Positions 1-9,847 of a stretch of 64,000 nt of DNA are shown here, one piece after another. Every line of letters begins with the position of its first letter. Within the stretch, counting starts at the first letter, position 1. Origin of the DNA: Squalus acanthias (taxonomy: Eukaryota); contig CM059432.1 of the NCBI GenBank assembly GCA_030390025.1, positions 17,422,001-17,486,000 on the forward strand, written 5' to 3'. The notes under the pieces were generated by a model that saw only the letters and a program-made list of their open reading frames with translations, did no database searches and was not told where the DNA came from. Position numbers and translations under genes: made by a program.

Positions 1-38
1 CTCTAATGGGAGGCGCAAAGCAACCCAATTTTTCCCCC
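1..38 (-). mobile_element. Terminus of a PIF/Harbinger-type MITE (family A), truncated by the window edge
   Basis: Reverse complement GGGGGAAAAATTGGGTTGCTTTGCGCCTCCCATTAG matches the left ends of the MITEs at 11972, 17086 and 22652. Confidence 0.7.
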
Positions 39-183
39 CTCCATGCTCCTTGACATTTAACGCAGGCTTTCACGCAGGCTTTACACAGCTTTCTTCTGTA
101 GCCTGACCCATCAAAGTCCTCATCTGAGTCCTCTGCAACAGAACTAGTGTGTGACCACGCCCTCCAGTGATCTGGCACCTGCG

Positions 184-1231
184 CTATCCTTTCCCCCTGC
201 CTTGCTCCTGCGCACTTGTGCCCGGTGTCTCACCGCATACAGATCCCACCTCTATCCTAGCCTCTGAAATACGCGCAGTGTCAGTATCTGAGCTGGTGGC
301 TGCGACTGTGAGATCGAGTGATGGTGTCACTTCATCTTCCATTTCTTCTTTCCCTTCCTGCACTGACTGGGCAGGTTCCAATTCTTGGGTATCTGAAATG
401 AAAAAGGGACAAGGGTTGGGTTGTGGTGAGGGGAGAGGAGAAAGTAAAAAATGCGTGCTTACACCCTCTGCAGCTTCTCATTCAGAAGAGATTGACGGAT
501 GAGGGAGAAGTGGGATGAGAGAAGGAGGATTAGGTATACGGATACCCTCATCATCAATCACTTCAGCACCGCCAGTGGCCTTGGCCTCAGCGATGCCCCT
601 TCCCGTGATGGCCAACACCGTCTCCTCCATGGGGGTTAAAACATGCAGGCGTGCTTGTCCCCCTCCAGTTCTTTCCTGCTGTTGCATGTTATGTGCCGCC
701 TTCTCCTGCAACAAAGAGGGAAGTGTGTCAGTGACTGCCGTGCAATATATTTGGGTGATGTGACTGTCATGGTTGAATAGCTGCCAGTGTGTGCAAGCTG
801 TGAGTTGTGGGTGTGAAGCTTGCAACAATGCTAAGCGTGTGAGGGCAAGTTAAGGCACATAAATTTTAGGGTTGGGTCCTGATTGATAGAGATTGTTGGT
901 AGGTGAGTGATGGCGATGTAATGGATTGAGCAGTGGATGAGGCTAGCGGTGCAGTTGGTAGGATAATCCATTTGAAGATGAATTCACTGACCTTGACAAC
1001 TCATGTAAGATCATTGAACTTCTTCCTGCACTGCATCCATGTTCTTGGAGCAACACTCCTGGCATTGATCTCCGACGCTATTTCTTTCCACTGCCTCCTG
1101 AGCATGTGTCTGGAAGGTCTCCTGCTCCCCTTCAGATACAGAACATCCCTTCTCCGTTCCACCTCTTCCACCAAGACCTCCAGCGCATTATCTGCAAACC
1201 TTGGTGCTCGCTCTCTGCCATGGTCAGCCAT
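184..1231 (-). pseudogene. Harbinger transposon Myb/SANT-like DNA-binding protein gene, three exons (1231-992, 705-546, 392-~184), premature stop at 1003-1001
   Basis: Exon 1 reads RAPRFADNALEVLVEEV...QWKEIA...RTWMQCRKKFNDL (Myb/SANT-like trihelix). Exon 2 reads EKAAHN...ERTGGG...LTPMEETVL. The junctions AAG|GTCAGT, TTGCAG|GAG, G|GTATCC and TTTCAG|AT join in frame. The element probably extends to a TIR-like end near 1531. Confidence 0.8.
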
Positions 1232-2100
1232 TCTTCACTCTTTCACAGGACACTTTTGAAAAAACTCCCACCATCTTCTGCAGCCACAATGCACCTCCCC
1301 TTTAAGAGGTGCAGGCTGCCTTTAACTAGCGATAGGCACTCGTGATATCGGGCCCTCTGCTGATGTGCGCAGCCAATGAGCGGCATGGGGCTTGCTGGCT
1401 GCATGCAGCAATCATTTAAAACAGCAGGCAGCACGAATTTGACGCACTTCCTGCATCGCAATGAACAGGCGTGGGTTAATCACACATCGCGATCCCTGCA
1501 CCCGTTTTTCGGGGGTTGTCCAGTTGAACCCTCTATATATTTTAAATCCAATGTTTTTCCAAGTCAAATTTCCACTGGTGACTAACATGGCACTAATGAG
1601 GTTTTCAGAACAGATTGTACTTGGAACTAATGACTGCCTGGAAACTCCCCTGAGGCAATTAAACGCCTTATAAAGGAAATAAAAACAAAATAATGGGTTA
1701 CATAAAGCTGCAGTGGATTCAAGTGCTAGCACACTAGGGCAATAATGTGATCCCAGTGTAGCACCCCCAGGACCACTCCTCCTCGGGCCTAACACAGCGT
1801 TGTTACCCTGGCGCTCGTAGTGCAGAGTGCATGGTACGCTGGGAGTGCACTGAGGTCACAGGGGCAGATTATTGGTACCAGCAGCTCATGAAGGTCTGCT
1901 GGCTGCCATTAAATAGGTGCCTGTACATTTTGGGATCCACAATGGTGTCCAATAGAAATGGCTGAATTGTTAATTGGACGTTGGAAGCCCTGTGCCGGAG
2001 ATTCCGAAATGGTGGTCCTGCAAAGGCGAGGAAGGCCTCCCTGAAATGTCCATTGCAACCAGCAGTGAGCTCATGGGCTGCTGCTCAGGTGCCCTAACTG

Positions 2101-2156
2101 CATCCACAACCACAACTTGCCTTTATATAGTGCCGTTAACATAGTAAAACGTCCCA
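2101..2156 (-). mobile_element. L2-type LINE/SINE 3' tail
   Basis: Minus strand reads TGGGACGTTTTACTATGTTAACGGCACTATATAAAGGCAAGTTGTGGTTGTGG, resembling the GGCGCTATATAAATGCAAG tail of the SINEs in this window. Confidence 0.6.
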
Positions 2157-4740
2157 TTCCAGCATTTTCCCAATGACAGATGTTAGGCTAACTGGCCTAT
2201 AGTTTCCTGCTCTCTGTCTCAATCCTTTCTTGAATAGGGACGTTACATTTGCGGTTTTCCAAACCGCTGGGACCTTTCCAGAATCTAAGGAATTTTGGAA
2301 GATTACAACCAATGCATCCACTATCTCTGCAGCCACTTCTTTTAAGACCCTAGGATGCAGGCCATCAGGTCCAGGGGACTTGTCAACCTTTAGTCCCATT
2401 AGTTTGCCTAGCATTTTTCTCTAGTGGTAGGGATTGTTTTATGTTCCTCCTTCCCTTTTGCCCCTTGATTATCTATTATTATTGGGATGCTTTTAGTGTC
2501 TTCTAACATGAAGGCAGATACAAAATATTTGTTCAAAGTCTCTGCCATTTCCTTGTTTCCCATTATTAATTCTCCAGTCTCATCCTCCAAGGGACTAACG
2601 TTTACTTTCGCTACTCTCTTCCTTTTTATATACCTGTAGAAGCTCTTACTGTCTGTTTTTATATTTCTTGCTAGTTTACTCTCATAATCTATTTTCTCCC
2701 TCTTTATTATTTTTTTAGTCATCCTTTGCTGGTTTCTAAAAATTTTCCAATCTTCTGGCCTACCACTAATCTTCGCAACATTGTATGCCTTTTCTTTCAA
2801 TTTGATACCCTCCTTAACTTCCTTAGTTAGCCACGGATGGTTCTTCCTTCTCTTAGAGTTTTTCTTTCTCACTGGAATATATCTTTGTTGAGAGTTATGA
2901 AATAGCTCCTTAGATGTCCGCCACTGCTTATCTACCAGCTTACCTTTAAATCTACTTTCCCAGTCCACTTTAGCCAACTCTGTCTTCATACCTTTGTAAT
3001 TGCCTTTATTTAAGTTAAAGACACTAGTTTCAGACCCAAGTTTCTCACCCTCAAACTGAATGTGAAATTCTATAATGTTATGATCACTTTTCCTGAGAGG
3101 ATCCTTTACTATGAGATCATTAATTAATCCTGTCTCATTACACATTACCAGATCTAAAATAGCCTGTTCCCTGGTTGGTTCCACAACGTATTGTTCTAAG
3201 AAACCGTCCTGAATACACTCTATGAACTCGTCCTCAAGGCTACATTTGCCAATTTGATTTGTCCAATTTATATGAAGATTAAAATCATCCACGATTATTG
3301 CAGAACCTTTCTTACAAGCCTCCATTATTTCTTGATTTATACTCTGTCCTACAGTGTAGCTACTGTTAGGGGGCCTATAGACTACTCCCACCAGTGACTT
3401 CTTTCCTTACTATTTCTTATCTCCACACAAACTAATTCTACATCTTGATCTTCCGAGCCAAGATCATTTCTCACTACTGTACTGATCTCATCCTTTATTA
3501 ACAGAGCTACCCCACCTCCTTTTCCTTTCTGCCTATCCTTCCGAAATGTCAAATACCTCTGAATATTCAGTTCCCAGCCTTGGTCACCTTGCAACCACAT
3601 CTCTTTAATGGCTATCAGATCATACCAATTTATTTCTATTTGTGCCGTCAATTCATCTATCTTGTTACGAATACTGTGTGCATTCAGATAAAGAGCCTTT
3701 AATTTTGTCTTTTTACCATTTTTCCCTACTCAGACCCTATTTGATGGTGCACTCTTATGTTTGTACGCTCTGTCCCTTCCTGTCACACTGTTATCACTAC
3801 CCCAATCGCTACCCTGAATTATTGCCTTGTCCTTTCTTTTTAACTTTCTAAATTTCCCCTCATCTGAACCCTTCCCCCCACTATTTAGTTTAAAGCCCTA
3901 TCTACAGCCCTAGTCATTCGATTCGCCAGGACGCTGGTCCCAGCATGGTTCAAGTGAAGCCCGTCCCAACGGAACAGTTCTCTCTTTCCCTAGTACTGAT
4001 GCCAGTGTCCCATGAATCGAAACCCATTTCTCCCACACCAATCTTGAGCCACACATTCAACTCTCTGATCTTATTGACCCTATGCCAATTTGCTCGTGGC
4101 TGAGGTAGTAATCCAGAGATTTTTACCTTTGTGGTTCAGCTTTTTAATTTAGCCCCTAGCTGCTCATACTCCTTCAGCAGAACCTCTTTCTTAGCCTTAG
4201 CTATGTCATTGGTACCTACGTGGACCACGACAACTGGATCCCACCCTTCCCACTCCAAGTTCCTCTCCAGCCCCGAGGAGATGTCCTTAACCATGGCAAC
4301 ACAGCCTTCGGGACTCACGCTCTCGGCTGCAGAGAACTGTATCTCTCCCCCTAACTATATTGTCCCCTACCACTACTACATTTCTTTTTACTCCCCCAAC
4401 TTGAATGGCCCCCTGTACCATGGTGCTGTGGTCAGTTTGCTCATCCTCCCTGCAGTCCCTGCTCCCATCCACACAGGCTGCAAGAACCTTGTACCTGTTG
4501 GACAAGTGCAAGGGCTGAGGCTCCTCCAATGCTACCTTCTGGATCCCCATACCTGCCTCACTCGTAGTCACACCCTCCTGTCCCTGACCACGGCCCAAAT
4601 TTGAAGTATTTAACCTCAGGGGTGTGACTGCCTCCTGGAACAAAGTGTCCAGGTAACCCTCCCCCCTCCCTGATGCATCGCAGTGTCCGAAGCTCGGACT
4701 CCAGCTCGTCAACTCTGAGCTGAAATTCCGAGTATAGTTT
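2157..4740 (-). mobile_element. CR1 LINE 5' half: ORF1 (esterase) and ORF2 APE endonuclease plus linker, RT missing, frameshifted
   Basis: ORF1 fragments VDELESELRTL and PVVVVHVGTNDI (SGNH esterase). Endonuclease motifs FRKDR..GKGGGVALL, GVVYRPPN, DFN, ILDLV and SDHN. Linker KSPGPDGLHPRVLKE...NYRPVSLTS. Confidence 0.92.
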
Positions 4741-5324
4741 CATCCCCCAATGTCTTCAGGAAAAGAGGGGAGAGAATTGGGAGAATTTTTGTTTTGAAAA
4801 AGAAATAACTCACCAAGACTGTGCAAATTCCTTTTTCACAGTAGCACCATTTCATTCACAACAGTAAAATGCTACAGACAAGCTGTTCCTTTTGTTCCAA
4901 TGACTTGCCCCAGCCGAGACCCAGACGTCTTGGATATGGCTATTGGCGAGGTTTACTTTACCCAGAAAGGCGAGCAGTCATTACTGTTTATTGCTTGTTT
5001 GCAGAAGCCATTAATCACTTGCGAACAAACAATGAATGCCTTCATACAGCCCGTGAAAGAGTGGGCTTAGCAACAGGGCGGTCGTGCATAATAGATGGAT
5101 GCTGGAGTCCAAACTTTATTGGGTAAAGTGAGTATAGTCATCAATTATGGTGATTTGTACCACAGGTGCATTTCTTGACAGCGTGGGAATGTCACCTGAA
5201 GGACACTGGCAAGGGAGTGGGGAAGGTGAGTGGTTGACAAGGTTTCTCTTGTAACAGACGGATAGAGGGGAAGTGAAATGTCTGAACTCATACTCTCATG
5301 ACCTCTCATTAACTTTAATGGAAA

Positions 5325-5506
5325 ACTCCCTCTCCTCCCTCTACTGAAGTCACTGGCTCATTTTGGGCATAGTTCCAGGGGCATACGACACGCTCCAGCA
5401 CCACGCCCTAGTCACTATTACTCATGTGTGATCTTAAACACTTGAGTGTCACAGCCAAGCCTAAACCTGTCCTCCCTGACAGTCACACATCTGCACTTCT
5501 CACCAG
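5325..5506 (-). mobile_element. Old tRNA-derived SINE (AmnSINE2-like), 3' part; the head resumes at ~9890-10065 after the provirus
   Basis: Degenerate resemblance to recalled SINE motifs (CACACAT..GCACTT, CTCATGTGTGA). A reversed tRNA-like head (CCGGGGATCGAGTCTTGG) lies at ~9990. The family name is from memory. Confidence 0.45.
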
Positions 5507-6883
5507 TGTAAGCTTCGCAAAATTCCCCAGAAACTCGTATCGAACCCTAAAAGGGGCGATTTTTTAGATTTTTCCCCACGAATTTGGGATGATGGGACAT
5601 AAGTGAAGTGATTTGAGGTAAAAAAACCTCAGTTTTGGACATTTTAAAGATCAGGGAAGAAAAACCCTGAGGAATAATGACTTTTGAAAATGACTATGGG
5701 AACAAAAAAACACCTTTGCGAAGGGGTGTGGCGAGGCAGTGGACAGCTTTTGGCGTCAAGCTGTCTGGAATTTGTTTGCACTGCAATCCAGGCAGGAGGA
5801 AGAACCTCACCCAAAACCTCACAACACATCCAAAATTGAATAATTCAAGACACCTTTTGAATATCCCCAGGCCCAAACAGGATGCCAGAAGCCTGTAAAC
5901 AATAAAACATCTAGTACAGCCATTACTTCACCAAAAACCAATCAGCCAGGTATCTATAGGGACAAGATTTGGCGTGTAGATAAATGCCCTGCCTAAATGG
6001 GAGTCATCGGAAGCCATCAGGACAATTTAACACCAAGTTAAATACATCAAAACTTAACAAGCCCGCAAAACTAAGACAAAGGGTCTGAACAGTATAATTG
6101 AGGGCCTAATCCCCCAAGAAAGTCTCTCTCAGCTCTGTTCCAGTTGCAGCAAGTTCCAGCAAGACACTACCAGCCACACGACACGAGTAGGAGGAGGAGA
6201 GAAGCAGCAAGGCCACGAGGCGAGATCGGAGGCAAGGACAGACTAGGTCAGGCAAGGGCTAGAGCTGAGGCCACTGGGAGCGAGTCGGCATCGCTCAGCA
6301 CATGGTCTAGCACTAGCAGCCACTAGCCAAGGTCACTGGAGGCTAGGAGTGAGTCGGCATCACTCAACCCATGGTCCAGCCCCAGAAGGTACCGCCCCGA
6401 CAAGCCTCCAACGCAACAAAACTCGATGACCAGACCACCATCGCAGATTTCACAGACCGGTACCACGTGGGGACGGCAGGCTCCAAAGGACAAAAAGAGA
6501 GTACCTCAAAATCGCAATCAACTTACCTGGCTGGATTTCGCACTGTCAAAACCCCTGTTTGGTGAGCATTATCCCTGATCTCCTGTAACCAAAACCTAGC
6601 TAGATAGTGGGATTTTTGGGAGGGATAAAGGTTTTTGTATATTGTCATTCTTCCTCGCCTGTACCGTGTGTTCCCCAACCTGTTTAAGTGTTAAGTGTGT
6701 TTTAAGTTTGTTACCTTTTCTTTCAATAAAAGTCAAAATTCTTTCATTGGAACCTGTTGTCTACTGCATCTTTTGTTCACAACCCCCAAATAAGTCCAAG
6801 GTCCAGAACCAGGGGCGTGGGAGTGATTTGAACCGCTTGCTGAGTCAGAGGTGAGGCTGGCCCCTACCACACCACCCCCTACA
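5507..6883 (+). repeat. 5' LTR (1377 bp)
   Basis: Starts TGTAAGCTTCGC and ends CACCACCCCCTACA. Both ends align with the solo LTR at 48406-49867. CCAAT at ~5938, TATAATT at 6093, AATAAA at 6725. Confidence 0.9.
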
Positions 6884-6886
6884 TAA

Positions 6887-6904
6887 TGCCGACTGCGGCA
6901 GGAC
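6887..6904 (+). promoter_or_regulatory. Primer binding site, tRNA-Arg(UCG) type
   Basis: TGCCGACTGCGGCAGGAC, 3 nt after the LTR, matches TGGCGACCGCGGCAGGAC (complement of the recalled vertebrate tRNA-Arg-TCG 3' end plus CCA) at 16 of 18 positions. Confidence 0.75.
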
Positions 6905-6956
6905 TTGGCAAAGGGGTTGTGAAGCAGTAGACACTGATTCGGAAGAGAGAACTGTA

Positions 6957-8707
6957 ATGGAAGAAAGGATTTCAGATTATGTGTTCAGCAAGGTGAATAT
7001 GGAAAAGAAGTGGGTCACTAATCTGTTAAAGACTGGGCGCCCGTTAGATGCAACAGCTAAATGGACAGAAGGGAAGGATCATAAAAAAACCTTAGAAAAG
7101 GCAGTCTGGCTGATGTGCTTCAAGAAACAGATCCAACTTTTGGACAGACTCGTTGAAGCACAGGCAGCCGAGTTTCGGGAGTCAGCCCTGGAAGTCTAAA
7201 CAAAGGCCCTAGCAGGGGAAAAGTTACTGTTAGCATTGCAGGCGCTAAACCAGGAAAGGGTGCAGTTAGTGGGGGAGCATAAGACCCGGCAGGAATATTT
7301 ACAGTGAAGGTCACAGAGGCCAAGAATAATGAGCTGAGGTTGCGGAAAAAGAATGCCCGCCTGGCAAAACAAGTAAGAGAGCAGCAGGAGACAGTAAAAG
7401 GCTTACAGGTAGCCTATAAGGTAATGAGCGCACAGGGGTTTGAGGATGCAGACCATGGCCCCTGCCAGAAGCAGATAGAGAGTCTCAACCGTGCTCTAAG
7501 GAAGGCAAAAGGCATAGTGTGCCTCATAAGCCTGAGTGCAGCTCGGGTCGACTTTACAGGGAACCTGGGGAGAATGGTTCAGACACCACAGATAGTGCCA
7601 AGGGACGACCCGGTTGAGGAGCAGGAGGGCCCACGACCACCACCCATAGCGCCAAGCTTTAGCGAAGTCTGGCAAGAAGAGGGGGTGGAGTTAGGGGCAG
7701 AAGCTGAGGTGGAAAAACCCCCGCAAGAGAGGCTGGGACCGGGGCCAATGTGCCCGGCCCGGCAGCAAAGGTTTGGCCCACCCACTGATAACGGGGATGG
7801 GGGACCCCTCCAAAACCAGTTCGTAGTTCCCCACGGGACCCAACAGCTCAGGGCTATGGTAAGCCACCTGAGTAAACTCACCCAAAAGGGGGACCCCTCA
7901 ATCCACTTCATGGAAGTGGAACAGGCAGCAGGCATCAATGACTGTGATGATGCCGAGATGGCAAAAATGTTCCTGTTCTCACTGGATGGCAAGCTATACC
8001 AGTCCCTGTCTGCTGAGAGCAAGAGAGGACAGAATGGGTATGCTGCCATCAGAGAGGAAGTTTTAGAGGCCATGGGGATGAATGAGGGAAGTCCTTTCTC
8101 CCGGGTGGAGAAAACAGTGCAGCTCGAAGGGGAGACCCCACAGGCTTTCGCAGACAGGCTGTGGCCCGTGTACAGGGGTGCTTGTAATGGGGATCTCGAC
8201 AGGGCTCACCTAAACCGGGGCAAGCTGGCCCACTGGCTCCGAAGCCTAGTGGCAAACAGCTTGCCACGAATCAAAACCAAGGCTGAGCTTTGGTTTGACC
8301 TGAGGGACCCCCGGGGCACCGAAGAGGCAGTGGTCAGACAGCTGACCCTGGCCTACCGGAATGGTGGAGGGGCTGAAGAGGCCCCACCAAAAGGGAAAGT
8401 GCATGAAATAAAGCCCGGCCAGGGTAGGAAGGAGTGGCATCAGGAAGGGAATAACCCTTCCAGCACAAGGCTTAACTGTTACGGGTGTGGGAAGGATGGT
8501 CACTGGAGGAAGGAGTGTAAGAATCCTTGGAAAGATAACAAGGGAAAGAATTCCTCAACCCCAGCCCAAAAGGCAGAGACAAGGATCCCTCCCGCCATGG
8601 TCGAGTCATTTTTGGACGCCATGAGGACCCTATTGACTGGCCCAGGGAAGGTAGCAGCAACCACCGGTGCTCTGACCCCATCTGCCCAATACAACCCAGG
8701 CCTATGA
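6957..8707 (+). pseudogene. gag: Gag polyprotein (~580 codons; one stop at 7197-7199 and one frameshift near 7290-7305)
   Basis: ATG 53 nt after the PBS. Coiled-coil-like N-terminus, Pro-rich linker, capsid-like region (QLEGETPQAFADRLW) and zinc knuckle CYGCGKDGHWRKEC. Confidence 0.85.
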
Positions 8708-9847
8708 CTAGAACCAGCGCAGCCTGTCTACCTGTGTTCCCCGGGATACGATGGTAAGATGGGGGTGGAGAAAGTGCAGGGGAGATGTTTGGTGGACACT
8801 GCAGCTGCCAGCACGGTGGTCCATTCGGAAGATCTGACCAATTCACCCAGGTCTAACGGGGTCCCGTACAGTTTAATGGGATTCACAGGGAACAAGCAGG
8901 CTGGGGCAATGTCCAAACCTTTGGACATAGATTTAGGATCCCTCCATACCACGTGGGAGGGTAACCAAAAGTCCGGCAAGTTGGCCAAGCAGGGGGCCAG
9001 GGAAGGAGAGTTCTGGGATCCCTGTAAAGCAGGTCCGGTAGCTGCAATCCGGGACAAGGGAGGCACACAGGAGGTAGCTTTGCCCCCGAACTTAAAGCAG
9101 GTCCAAGCCCAGAATCCCGTCCTTAAGGCCGTCCTGGTAAAGAGAGAGAATGGGGAGTCCCTAGAAGGTCCGTTCAGGGCAGAGGACGAGATTTTAAAAC
9201 AGAGTCACTGGCAAGCAGCCAGTAACCTGGGGAGCCAGCACCAGAAAGATCGGCTGCTGTTAGAACCCCAGAGAACCCACGAGTGGGAGATTGACCAGTG
9301 TAAACTGTTTAAACCTAAAAGGGAACAGCCAGCAAAGGTGGACTGCCCCCAAGTTAGAAATCCTCAGCCTGCAGCATTAGGCTGCAGAGAGTTACCTGCC
9401 CCCGACACAGGTTTAGAAGAGGTACAGCCTGAGGATAGAAATCCCCAGCCAGCAGCTGTGGCAGACTCACAGACTGCAGCGGTGAGGACAGGGGCTTGTA
9501 TCACAGAAGGGTATACTCCATCGATCATGTGGGACGCAGGCACTCCCCCAGTGGCCAGAGCCCTAAGAAGGTCACCACAGCCTAAACCACCTTGGTCTCC
9601 AGTGTACCAGTTTAAAGGGTCCCACCCAAAGAGGGTTGTAACCCGTAAAGAAACGCCCAAGGTCAGGGATCAGTCTGAGGACAGGGATCCCCAGCCTACA
9701 GCCTCCTGCAGAGAGGGTCTCACAGAGGCAGCTGTGAGCCAAGAACACAAGAAGGGTCCCCAGCCTGCGATCTCAGGCTGCGAGGAACCCACAGGACAGG
9801 ACAGGGACTCAAAAGCAGCCACAGCAAAGGGGGGCAGTGTGCTGTAG
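8708..9847 (+). pseudogene. pol: Internally deleted pol, in frame with gag: protease, RNase H C-terminal remnant, integrase-flanking remnants and a repetitive tail
   Basis: CLVDTAAASTV (aspartic protease DTG-like). GNQKSGKLAKQGA (RNase H GNxxADxLAKxGA). LKQVQAQNPVL (pre-integrase). IDQCKLFKP (integrase C-terminal-like). No RT YxDD or integrase DDE core is visible. Confidence 0.75.

Noticed and set aside
5901-5906. AATAAA in the upstream part of the LTR as the poly(A) signal
   Set aside because: It lies upstream of the CCAAT and TATA elements and is not evident in the LTR at 19606-20874, whereas the 6725 signal is present in all three.
6521-6531. ACTTACCTGGC, identical to the U1 snRNA 5' end
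   Set aside because: The match stops after 11 nt, with no U1 stem-loops or Sm site. It is simply an antisense consensus donor and is absent from the other two LTRs.
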